A stretch of 64,000 nt of DNA from NCBI GenBank assembly GCA_039794085.1, contig JBDIWC010000001.1, forward strand, positions 1-64,000. The letters run 5' to 3'. Source of the stretch: Gemmatimonadales bacterium (GTDB lineage: Bacteria; Gemmatimonadota; Gemmatimonadetes; Gemmatimonadales; GWC2-71-9). How positions within the stretch are numbered: position 1 is the first letter of the stretch; each line of letters begins with the position of its first letter. Below, piece after piece: positions 1 to 8,220 of the stretch. The position numbers and the translations under genes were made by a program. The notes beneath the pieces were generated by a model. It saw nothing but the letters and a program-made list of their open reading frames with translations, was not told the DNA's origin and did no database searches.

Positions 1-180
1 TCTCTTCCCTCACTCCTCGAACGAAGGCACGAACCTCTCTCTCACTCCTCACTTCTCTTCCCTCACTCCTCGAACGAAGGCACGAACCTCTCTCTCACTC
101 CTCACTTCTCTTCCCTCACTCCTCGAACGAAGGCACGAACCTCTCTCTCACTCCTCACTTCTCTTCCCTCACTCCTCGAA
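1..180. repeat. 53-bp perfect tandem repeat, 3 full copies plus a 21-bp partial; may continue beyond the window edge
   Basis: Unit TCTCTTCCCTCACTCCTCGAACGAAGGCACGAACCTCTCTCTCACTCCTCACT at 1-53, 54-106 and 107-159, partial at 160-180. No spacers. Confidence 0.95.
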
Positions 181-2844
181 TGGCCCCTCCTCTTCCCGCG
201 CGCGAATCACGGAGTCGAGCAGGGGTACCACCAGGGCGGTCCATCCCGTCTGGTGACTCGCCCCCAGTCCCTGCCCCGTCTCCGCGTGGAAGTACTCATG
301 AAACAGGGCCAGGTCCCGGAAGGCGGGATCGGTGGCATACCGGGCATCGCCGCCATGGCAGGGCCGGTGGCCCTCGGGATCGGCGCACACGAGCCGAGCC
401 AGACGCCGGCTCAACTCCCGGGATACCTCCTGCAGGGTGACCCGGCGTCCGGAGCCCGTGGGGCACTCGACTGTGAACGAGTCGCCGAAGAATCGGTGGT
501 ACCGTTCCAGAGCCTCGATGAGGAGGAAGTTGAGCGGAAACCAGACCGGCCCCCTCCAGTTCGAATTGCCTCCGAAGATACCCAGGGTCGACTCCCCGGG
601 TAGATACTCGACCCGATGCACCTCGCCTTCGACGTGCAACTCATACGGATGGGCCTCGTGGTATCGCGAGAGGGAACGGATTCCGAAGGGCGAGAGGAAC
701 TCGGATTCATCGAGAAGGTAGCCCAGCACCCGGGTGAGACGCTCGGGAGTGGGAAGCGCCAGGAGCCGCATACCGCATTTCGCCGGATCCGGGGCACAGA
801 GAGACACGTGCTCGGCGAGGTCCGGACGGTACGCCAGGAACCACTCCATGCGCCGACGGAAGTCGGGAAGCGCGTCCAGCACCTCCTGGTCGAGAATCTC
901 GCAGGCGATAAGTGGAATCAGTCCCACCAGCGAGCGGATGCGCAGAGCGGTCGTCTGGTCGTCCACGTGGAGCTGGTCGTAGTAGAACCCGTCTCCCTCA
1001 TCCCACAGTCCATGCCCACCCACTCGATTCATCGCCTCGGCGATCGCGATGAAGTGCTCGAAGAACTTGGTGGCCATGTCCTCGTAGGCGGGATCCTCCC
1101 GGGCGAGTTCCAACGCCATGCTGAGCATCGTCGCGCAGTAGAACGCCATCCACGCCGTCCCATCCGCCTGCTCGAGATGCCCCCCCGTGGGGAGGGCGCG
1201 GCTGCGATCGAACACTCCGATATTGTCGAGCCCCAGGAAGCCCCCGCTGAACAGGTGGTTCCCCTCATGATCCTTGCGGTTGACCCACCAGGTGAAGTTG
1301 AGGAGCAGCTTCTGGAAGGCACGGGCGAGAAAGACGTGATCCCGCTTGCCCCGTGCGCCGGTCATCTTGTACACCCGCCAGCAGGCCCAGGCATGGACCG
1401 GGGGGTTCACATCGCCGAGGGCAAACTCGTAGGCGGGAATCTGCCCGTTGGGGTGCATATACCATTCGCGGAGGAGGAGCAGCAACTGTCCCTTGGCAAA
1501 CTCCGGGTCGAGCCGCGCGAAGGGCACCGTGTGAAAGGCGAGGTCCCAGGCGGCATACCAGGGGAATTCCCACCCGTCGGGCATCGAGATGATGTCACGG
1601 TTATTGAGGTGCCGCCAGTCATGGTTCCGGCCCGTGCGCCTCGTCTCGGGGGGAGGTGGTTGTGCCGGGTCCCCCGCCAGCCACTGGGGCACGTCGTAGT
1701 AGTAGAACTTCCGGGTCCAGAGGAGCCCGGCGCGGGCCTGGCGCATCACACGGGCCTCGTCGGGCGTGGTTCCGCCGGGCAGAAGCGAGGCGTGAAACCG
1801 GTCCGCTTCCCGCGCCCGCTGGCGCATCACCTGCGCAAATCCCTTCCAAGGCCGCTCCGGGGACGCGAGAACCGCCTCGGCGCAGAGCCGGAGTTCCACC
1901 ACGCCCGACTCCCCCGCCTCCAGATCGAGCCGGTAGACCCAGGCCGCCTTGGTCCCGGTTTCCTCCGGGTTCACGGCGGAGGTGTCACCTTCCACGAGGA
2001 ACCGGTGGAAGGCATCCTTGACCCAGGGGGTGCGGTTCGGGACGCCGAAGCACCGGTCGGTATTGGTCTCGTTGTCGGTGAAGAGGGCCGTCGGAGTTCC
2101 GGCTGTCCCGGAGCGAGCGAGCCAGAGGTAACGCCCGAGCGTGGAGTGGTCCGCCCGGATCCGGTCGGGTCCGGTTCGGCGCAGTGTGGGACGGGGCGGG
2201 AACCCCTCGCCCGTGCGTCCCCACGACCAGGTGTTGCGGAACCAGAGGGTCGGGGCCACGGTACAGGGGGCCCGGCGATCGCCCCGGTTCGTGACCGTCA
2301 CCCGCATGAGCAGATCCTCCGGATTCCCCTTGGCGTAGTCCACCCGCACGTCGAAGTACCATCCCCCCTCGAAGACACCGGTGTCGGTAACTTCATACTC
2401 GGGATCCTCGCGCCTGCGCCGGGCATTCTCCGCCACCAGGTCCGCGTAGGGAAACGCCGCCTGGGGATACTTGTAGAGGGCGGAGAGCCAGGAGCCGGTG
2501 GGCGTTCCATCGAGGTGGTAGTACAACTCCTTCACATCCTCACCATGATTTCCCTCCGGCCCGGTCAGGCCGAAAAATCGCTCCTTCAGGATCGGATCGT
2601 GCCCGTTCCAGAGCGCCAGGGCCAGAGCCATGCGACACTGCTGGTCGCAGACACCGAGGAGTCCGTCCTCCCCCCAGCGGTACGCCCGGCTCCGGGCCTG
2701 GTCATGGGGAAAGGCGCCCCACACCGTGCCCTCGGCGGAGTAGTCCTCCCGCACGGTACTCCATTGCCGGTCGGCGAGATAGGGACCCCAGAGGCGCCAG
2801 GGCTCGGCGGAGGCGAGACGGTGATGTTCAGCGGTTCGGCTCAT
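169..2844 (-). CDS. MGH1-like / GH63 glycoside hydrolase (glucosidase), about 891 aa
   Basis: Motifs WGPYLADRQWSTVREDYS, GNHGEDVKE, WEFPWYAAWDLAFH, GNSNWRGPVW, FHEYFH..G.GLGASHQTGWT. Start taken at MSRTAEH (ATG 2844). Confidence 0.9.
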   Translation of the reverse strand: MSRTAEHHRLASAEPWRLWGPYLADRQWSTVREDYSAEGTVWGAFPHDQARSRAYRWGEDGLLGVCDQQCRMALALALWNGHDPILKERFFGLTGPEGNHGEDVKELYYHLDGTPTGSWLSALYKYPQAAFPYADLVAENARRRREDPEYEVTDTGVFEGGWYFDVRVDYAKGNPEDLLMRVTVTNRGDRRAPCTVAPTLWFRNTWSWGRTGEGFPPRPTLRRTGPDRIRADHSTLGRYLWLARSGTAGTPTALFTDNETNTDRCFGVPNRTPWVKDAFHRFLVEGDTSAVNPEETGTKAAWVYRLDLEAGESGVVELRLCAEAVLASPERPWKGFAQVMRQRAREADRFHASLLPGGTTPDEARVMRQARAGLLWTRKFYYYDVPQWLAGDPAQPPPPETRRTGRNHDWRHLNNRDIISMPDGWEFPWYAAWDLAFHTVPFARLDPEFAKGQLLLLLREWYMHPNGQIPAYEFALGDVNPPVHAWACWRVYKMTGARGKRDHVFLARAFQKLLLNFTWWVNRKDHEGNHLFSGGFLGLDNIGVFDRSRALPTGGHLEQADGTAWMAFYCATMLSMALELAREDPAYEDMATKFFEHFIAIAEAMNRVGGHGLWDEGDGFYYDQLHVDDQTTALRIRSLVGLIPLIACEILDQEVLDALPDFRRRMEWFLAYRPDLAEHVSLCAPDPAKCGMRLLALPTPERLTRVLGYLLDESEFLSPFGIRSLSRYHEAHPYELHVEGEVHRVEYLPGESTLGIFGGNSNWRGPVWFPLNFLLIEALERYHRFFGDSFTVECPTGSGRRVTLQEVSRELSRRLARLVCADPEGHRPCHGGDARYATDPAFRDLALFHEYFHAETGQGLGASHQTGWTALVVPLLDSVIRAREEEGPFEE

Positions 2845-3017
2845 CAGATTCCATGGTGGACGGGTGCGAGCAGTGATTCCTTCCCCCTCAACGCCGTGGG
2901 GGGCGCCGCTGGTTCCGGCCGACGAACGATGGGTCTTCCCCCCGCACCTTGCCCGCACAGGCATTTCCGTCAAACTTGTGGGGGATCACTCGTCACCCGA
3001 CCACCCGGGGAGAACTC

Positions 3018-3281
3018 GTGCCGGAACCGCTCGCCGAGGCCGTCATCCGCGCTGCCGCAATCTACCTCGGAGCGGGGCTCGTCTTTGCCATCCCCTTCGC
3101 GTGGCGCTGGGCGGGGCGTCTCGATCCGGTGGCCCGGGAGGGAACCGGGGGCTTCCGGATCCTGCTGGTCCCTGGGGGAGTCCTCCTGTGGCCCTGGCTG
3201 GCGGTGCGGCTGCTCCAGCCGGGGCCACACCCTCCGGAGGAACGGAATGCGCATCGCCGCATGCGGGACGGCGTCCGGTGA
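3018..3281 (+). CDS. small membrane protein, 87 aa, first gene of operon
   Basis: GTG start after GGGGAG. Two hydrophobic segments (YLGAGLVFAIPF; FRILLVPGGVLLWPWL). GTGA overlap with the next gene. Confidence 0.75.
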   Translation: MPEPLAEAVIRAAAIYLGAGLVFAIPFAWRWAGRLDPVAREGTGGFRILLVPGGVLLWPWLAVRLLQPGPHPPEERNAHRRMRDGVR

Positions 3282-3505
3282 TACGCTCCCTGCGGACTGC
3301 GCACCGGTGGGTCATGCCTCTGATCGCCCTCCTCGTGGCCGCCGTTCTGGTCGCTGCCCTTGCCCGGCCGCGCGGCCCGGTGATCGTGTCGACCCCGCCT
3401 CTGGATCAGGCGCCGGCCGTCGCAGAGCATGATCATGAGGTTGCGCCTGCGGGACTCGACTCGAGCACGGATTCAGAGGATTCCCTCGTGCCGGTGTCCC
3501 GATGA
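3278..3505 (+). CDS. small membrane-anchored protein, 75 aa
   Basis: MIRSLRTAHR followed by a hydrophobic helix. Overlaps both neighbours by 4 nt. Confidence 0.65.
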   Translation: MIRSLRTAHRWVMPLIALLVAAVLVAALARPRGPVIVSTPPLDQAPAVAEHDHEVAPAGLDSSTDSEDSLVPVSR

Positions 3506-4539
3506 GCGTTCGCTATCAGGCGGTCGGGTGGAACCCCCAGAAGCGTAAGATCGATCTCGTCGCCGCGACCAGCGTTGGTCTCTTCCTGGTGGTCTTCGGG
3601 GCCGTGACCCGGTGGCGGTCTCCGGCCATGAGCCTGGAGATCGTGCTCATCCGTGGACTCGCCACGGCGGCGTATCTTCTTCTGCACGTCATTCTCCTGA
3701 TCGGTCCCTTGACCCGGCTCGACCGTCGCTTCCTTCCGCTGCTCTACAACCGCCGCCATCTCGGCGTGATGGCCTTCGTGCTGGGGCTCAGTCACGCCAT
3801 CCTGGCCACGCTGCAGTATCATGCCGGCGGCAATGCACCGTTACTGGTCAGCCTCCTGAGCGCCAACCGGTCGCTGGGCACTCTCTCGAGCTTTCCATTC
3901 GAGCTGCTGGGCATCGCGGCTCTCGGGATCCTCGCCCTTCTGGCCGTCACCAGCCACGATTTCTGGCTTTCCATTCTGAGTCCCCCCGTCTGGAAACGGC
4001 TCCACATGCTGGTCTACCTCGCCTGGGGGCTCCTGGTGGCCCATGTGGCGCTCGGGACTCTCCAGGCGGAAGGGGATCCCCTCCTCGCCCTCGGGGTGGT
4101 GGCCGGGGCCGCCTCGGTGATCGGGGCTCACCTGGTGGCGGGGTGGAGGGAACGCCGGGGCGACCAGATGCTGCCGGCGGATGACGACGGGTGGGTGGAT
4201 GCCGGGCCCGCCGGGACGATACCGGAATCCCGGGCCCGCGTGGTGATGGTGGCAGGTGAACGCGTCGCCATCTTCCGGCATCAGAACCGATTGAGTGGGG
4301 TTTCCAACGTTTGTCGGCACCAGAACGGGCCTCTCGGCGAGGGGCGGATCATCGATGGGTGCATCACCTGCCCCTGGCACGGGTATCAATACTATCCCGA
4401 TTCCGGGAGTTCACCACCTCCTTTCACCGACACCATTCCCACCTTCTCGTTGCGCATCCGGGACGGGAGGGTGGAGGTTCATTCGCGCCCGCACCCACCC
4501 GGTACCCGAATCGACCCGGTCCCGCTTCATGACACCTGA
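3502..4539 (+). CDS. ferric reductase-like (MsrQ/YedZ-type) transmembrane domain fused to a C-terminal Rieske [2Fe-2S] domain
   Basis: RRHLG, WKRLHMLVY and further His in TM helices. Rieske motifs CRHQNGPL and CPWHG. Confidence 0.88.
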   Translation: MSVRYQAVGWNPQKRKIDLVAATSVGLFLVVFGAVTRWRSPAMSLEIVLIRGLATAAYLLLHVILLIGPLTRLDRRFLPLLYNRRHLGVMAFVLGLSHAILATLQYHAGGNAPLLVSLLSANRSLGTLSSFPFELLGIAALGILALLAVTSHDFWLSILSPPVWKRLHMLVYLAWGLLVAHVALGTLQAEGDPLLALGVVAGAASVIGAHLVAGWRERRGDQMLPADDDGWVDAGPAGTIPESRARVVMVAGERVAIFRHQNRLSGVSNVCRHQNGPLGEGRIIDGCITCPWHGYQYYPDSGSSPPPFTDTIPTFSLRIRDGRVEVHSRPHPPGTRIDPVPLHDT

Positions 4540-5305
4540 TTCCCCTCCCCCCATGGCTCCCGACGATTTCTTCGTCGGACACCACCCCAGAGCCCCGGAC
4601 AGTCTGCGCCGATGGCTCCGGCGGCTCACCGCACTCCTTCTCACCGGAGTGATCGTCACGGCGTGGGCCGTGGCCAGGAGCCAGTCCCGCCAGCCCGATA
4701 CGGTGTACGCCGACGGGGAGCCGGAGGCGTGGGATGGTCGACTCCGGGAACATCCCTACCCGATGCTGGTGACAGAGAGCCCGGGGGGCGCCGTGTCACA
4801 CGTTCACCTCTCCGCTCCGGGAAAGTTCGGGGCCCAAGACCTGGCCCGAAGCCGGGATGGCAAATACGTGTCGCTCCGGGGAGTGCGGATCGCCCGGGGA
4901 AACCAAACCATGGCCGAACTCGTTCCAGGGTCGATCGTTTCCGGCTCCGCGCCCCTCAGCGCCGACCGTCCGGTCCCGGCGGTGGAGAAGTTGGGCCGCC
5001 GGACTCTCACCGGAGAGGTTGTGGACTCGAAGTGCTTCCTCGGCGCCATGAATCCGGGTATTTTGCAGACCCACCGGGGTTGCGCCATTCGATGCCTGAA
5101 TGGCGGCATCCTCCCCCTGTTCGTGGTACGAGGTCCTGGAGAGTCAGAATGGGAACTGATTCTGCTGGACCCGGACGGCGCCCCGGTGACAGCCGACATC
5201 TTCGCGCTGGCGGGCCTCCAGGTGCGCCTGACGGGTCAGGTGCAGCGGGAAGACGACCTGTTCTTCTTCAAGGTGGATCCTACGACCTACGAGATCGCCC
5301 GGTGA
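4529..5305 (+). CDS. membrane-anchored hypothetical protein with a Cys/His motif
   Basis: One N-terminal TM helix. Motif GEVVDSKC...HRGCAIRCLNGG.P. Overlaps the upstream gene by 11 nt. Confidence 0.8.
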   Translation: MTPDSPPPMAPDDFFVGHHPRAPDSLRRWLRRLTALLLTGVIVTAWAVARSQSRQPDTVYADGEPEAWDGRLREHPYPMLVTESPGGAVSHVHLSAPGKFGAQDLARSRDGKYVSLRGVRIARGNQTMAELVPGSIVSGSAPLSADRPVPAVEKLGRRTLTGEVVDSKCFLGAMNPGILQTHRGCAIRCLNGGILPLFVVRGPGESEWELILLDPDGAPVTADIFALAGLQVRLTGQVQREDDLFFFKVDPTTYEIAR

Positions 5306-6123
5306 CCGGCGCCCCCGACCCGCGGCGCCCCACCCCGATTCCCCCGGGTACGCTCGACTACCCCGGGAGCCCGGAGTCCCTGCCCACCGAGGAGATTGCC
5401 GCCGGCCGGTATCTCCTCCGGTTTGCGCGCACCGCCGCGGAGCTGGACCGCCTCCTGCGGCTCCGTTTCGAGGTGTTCAACCTCGAGCTCGGCGAAGGGC
5501 TCGACAGCGCCTATGCCACCGGGCGGGACGAGGATGAACTCGACATCCATTTTCATCACCTGATGATCGAGAGCCGGGAGACGGGGGAGGTGGTCGGGAC
5601 CTACCGGATGCAGACGGTGGAAATGGCGGAACGGCTGGGCGGGTTTTACTCCGCCGGAGAATTCGACCTCTCCGGAATTCCCGCCGAGGCCATGGCGCAG
5701 TCGGTCGAGATCGGCCGGGCCTGCGTGGCCAGGCCGCATCGGAATGGGAGAGTTCTCCATCTCCTCTGGCGCGGGTTGGCCACGTACCTCTCCTGGAACC
5801 GGAAGAGCCATCTGTTCGGGTGTTGTTCCCTCACCAGCCAGGATCCCGCAGTGGGGGAATCGGCGTACCGGTTTCTGCAGGGCAAGGGGCTGGAGCACGA
5901 CCGCATTCGCACCACCCCCTTGCCGGGCCTTGGTTGTGAGGTCGCCGAGGGGACCCCACTCCCCGAGCCTCACATTCCGGCTCTGTTTCAGTCCTATCTC
6001 TCCCTGGGCGCCAAGATTTGCGGTCCTCCCGCCATCGACCGCCTCTTCAAGACGATTGATTTCCTGGTGGTCCTGAACGCGGACGAGTTGGACCCGCGCG
6101 TATTCCGGACCTTCTTCCGATGA
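5302..6123 (+). CDS. GNAT-fold N-acyltransferase, OlsB / ornithine-acyl-ACP transferase-like
   Basis: RLRFEVFNLELGEG, D.DELD, VVGTYR, GFYSAGEF, EIGRACV..HRNG, YL.LGAKICGPPAID..F.TIDF. Confidence 0.85.
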   Translation: MTGAPDPRRPTPIPPGTLDYPGSPESLPTEEIAAGRYLLRFARTAAELDRLLRLRFEVFNLELGEGLDSAYATGRDEDELDIHFHHLMIESRETGEVVGTYRMQTVEMAERLGGFYSAGEFDLSGIPAEAMAQSVEIGRACVARPHRNGRVLHLLWRGLATYLSWNRKSHLFGCCSLTSQDPAVGESAYRFLQGKGLEHDRIRTTPLPGLGCEVAEGTPLPEPHIPALFQSYLSLGAKICGPPAIDRLFKTIDFLVVLNADELDPRVFRTFFR

Positions 6124-6986
6124 CGGCGCGGACCGGTTGGGTGACGGAATCCGAGGAATTCCACGGTGGGGACGCCGTGCGGGCCTCGGCGCGGTCGGCT
6201 AACCGGTCCCTGAGCTGCCAGCTCCGACTCCTGGGACGGAGCATGGGGATCGTGGCTTGGACCGCAGGGCTTTTCGTGATCGGGACGGTGGGGCTGCTCC
6301 CCTTGCTCTGGTCGGCGCGACGGAGCCTCGGCTGGCGCACCTGGTTCGTCCACCTCTGGGCGCGGGGAATGTGCGCGCTGCTCGGCATCGAACGCCGGGT
6401 GGAGGGTCCGGCCCCCCGACCACCCTTCTTTCTGGTCAGCAACCATCTCTCCTACGTCGACATTCTGGTCCTCGCCGCTTCGGTTCGCGGGGTGTTCGTG
6501 TCCAAGAGCGAGGTGCGGCGCTGGCCCGCGATCGGCACCATGGCCACCATCTTCGGCACCATCTACCTGGACCGGACCCGGACGCGGGATGCGGTGAGGG
6601 TGCTGGAGACGTTCGACCGCGTCGTGGGCGCCGGAACGGGGGTGGTGGTCTTTCCCGAAGGAACGAGCACGGCGGGAGACCGGGTCGGCCCGTTTCACGC
6701 CGCGCTCCTCGAATGGGCGGCTCGTCGTGACTTTCCGGTTCACACCGTGGCCCTCCGCTACGAGACAGCACCGCCCGATCCCCCGGCGCACGAGGCCATC
6801 TGCTGGTGGGGCGACATGACCTTCCTCCCTCATCTGGCCCGGTTGTGCACCCTGCGCCGGAGCCGGGCCACGGTCCGGTTTGCCCCCGAAGCGATCCGCC
6901 GGCCGGATCGCCGGGCCCTGGCGGACGAAGCGCGCTCGGCGGTGCTCGCCCGCTTCCGCCCGGTCGTAACTCCGGAGCTGCTGTGA
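6120..6986 (+). CDS. lysophospholipid acyltransferase (PlsC/OlsA family)
   Basis: NHLSYVD (HX4D) and FPEGT motifs. Start may instead be 6243. Confidence 0.88.
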   Translation: MTARTGWVTESEEFHGGDAVRASARSANRSLSCQLRLLGRSMGIVAWTAGLFVIGTVGLLPLLWSARRSLGWRTWFVHLWARGMCALLGIERRVEGPAPRPPFFLVSNHLSYVDILVLAASVRGVFVSKSEVRRWPAIGTMATIFGTIYLDRTRTRDAVRVLETFDRVVGAGTGVVVFPEGTSTAGDRVGPFHAALLEWAARRDFPVHTVALRYETAPPDPPAHEAICWWGDMTFLPHLARLCTLRRSRATVRFAPEAIRRPDRRALADEARSAVLARFRPVVTPELL

Positions 6987-7498
6987 CGGATCGGTCCTGG
7001 CCCGCGCTCGATGGCAACCTGTGTTTCTTGCGTCAGGGAATCTCCCTGCTCGATCAGCTCGGCGATGCCACGTACGCCTCCGCGGTGGGCCGCCACTCTC
7101 CGGTCGGCGCCCAGTACCGCCATGTGCTGGAGCACTATCAGTGCCTTCTCACGGGGCTCGACGACGGGTGTGTCGATTATGATGCCCGGGCGCGGGATCC
7201 CCTGATCGAGCGGGACCGGGGCCATGCCCTGCGGACCACCCGCGATTTGCTGCAGGCGATCGCCTCGCTGCCCCCGGACCCGGACCTCTCCCTCGAGGTG
7301 CGGATGGACTGCGGAGGGGGCGGGGCCTGTCCCGAATGGTCTCGCTCCTCGCTCGGCCGGGAACTGCAGTTCCTCGCGAGTCACACGGTGCATCACTACG
7401 CCCTCATCGCCCTCCTGCTCGAGGCGCAGGGCGAGGAAGTCCCCGCCGATCTCGGAGTGGCCCCCTCGACGCTGGCCCACCAGCGCGCCGGGCGGTGA
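6983..7498 (+). CDS. DinB-family protein
   Basis: GAQYRHVLEHY, DYDAR.RD, RELQFLASHTVHHYALI (His triad). GTGA overlap. Confidence 0.8.
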   Translation: MTDRSWPALDGNLCFLRQGISLLDQLGDATYASAVGRHSPVGAQYRHVLEHYQCLLTGLDDGCVDYDARARDPLIERDRGHALRTTRDLLQAIASLPPDPDLSLEVRMDCGGGGACPEWSRSSLGRELQFLASHTVHHYALIALLLEAQGEEVPADLGVAPSTLAHQRAGR

Positions 7499-8220
7499 TG
7501 TGCACGCTGAGCTGGGTCCGCCTCTCGCCCGCACAATACACCGCCTTCTTCAACCGCGACGAGCAGCGTTCCCGGTCCCCCGGCCATCCCCCTCGCCTCG
7601 GGGTCACCCGCGGAATCCCGTGGATCGCACCCATCGATGGCGAGGCGGGAGGAACCTGGATCGGCGTGAACGGCCACGGCGTCACGCTGGCGCTGCTCAA
7701 CCGATATGCGGATGCTCCTCATGAGATCCCGGGTTCTCCGGTCAGCCGGGGGTTGCTGGTGCGCGATCTGCTCGACACCCCCAACCCCGAGACTCTGGAC
7801 CGTCGCCTCGCCGCGGCATCCCTCCAATCCTATCTCCCATTCACCCTCGTTCTGTTGGCCCCGGAGCACCCGGCGCGCGTCCACGAGTGGGATGGCACCA
7901 CCCTCGTCACCAACGCCGTGCCCGGGAGTGGACTGCTGCGCACCAGTTCCGGCGCGGACCAGACGGGGGCGGAGCAGAACCGGCACCGCCTCTTCGAGGC
8001 TCTTTCTCCCACTCCGGACACTCTGGCGGAGGTGCACCGCAGCCACGATCCGTCCCCCGGCGCCCTCTCGGTGTGCATGCATCGGTCCGACGCGATGACG
8101 GTCAGCTTCGCCCGAGTGGATGTCACCCCGGGTGAGGTGGTCATGCGGTACGCCCCCGGTCCCCCCTGTACCACCCCGGTGACGGAAGGACTCACCCTCG
8201 CCCGGCTGCCCGCAACATGA
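7498..8220 (+). CDS. NRDE / TANGO2-family Ntn-hydrolase-fold protein
   Basis: N-terminal MCT, NRDE motif, GGTWIGVN, SRGLLV, PFTL. TGATG overlap. Confidence 0.9.
   Translation: MCTLSWVRLSPAQYTAFFNRDEQRSRSPGHPPRLGVTRGIPWIAPIDGEAGGTWIGVNGHGVTLALLNRYADAPHEIPGSPVSRGLLVRDLLDTPNPETLDRRLAAASLQSYLPFTLVLLAPEHPARVHEWDGTTLVTNAVPGSGLLRTSSGADQTGAEQNRHRLFEALSPTPDTLAEVHRSHDPSPGALSVCMHRSDAMTVSFARVDVTPGEVVMRYAPGPPCTTPVTEGLTLARLPAT

Noticed and set aside
1..180. Possible CRISPR array
   Set aside because: The copies are contiguous and identical with no unique spacers, and there are no cas genes in the window.
616..3432. 938-aa plus-strand ORF and similar long antisense ORFs (8574-10976, 15309-18287, 31827-33974, 34443-36884, 43435-45990)
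   Set aside because: They are shadows of real genes on the opposite strand, expected in high-GC DNA, with no recognisable motifs.
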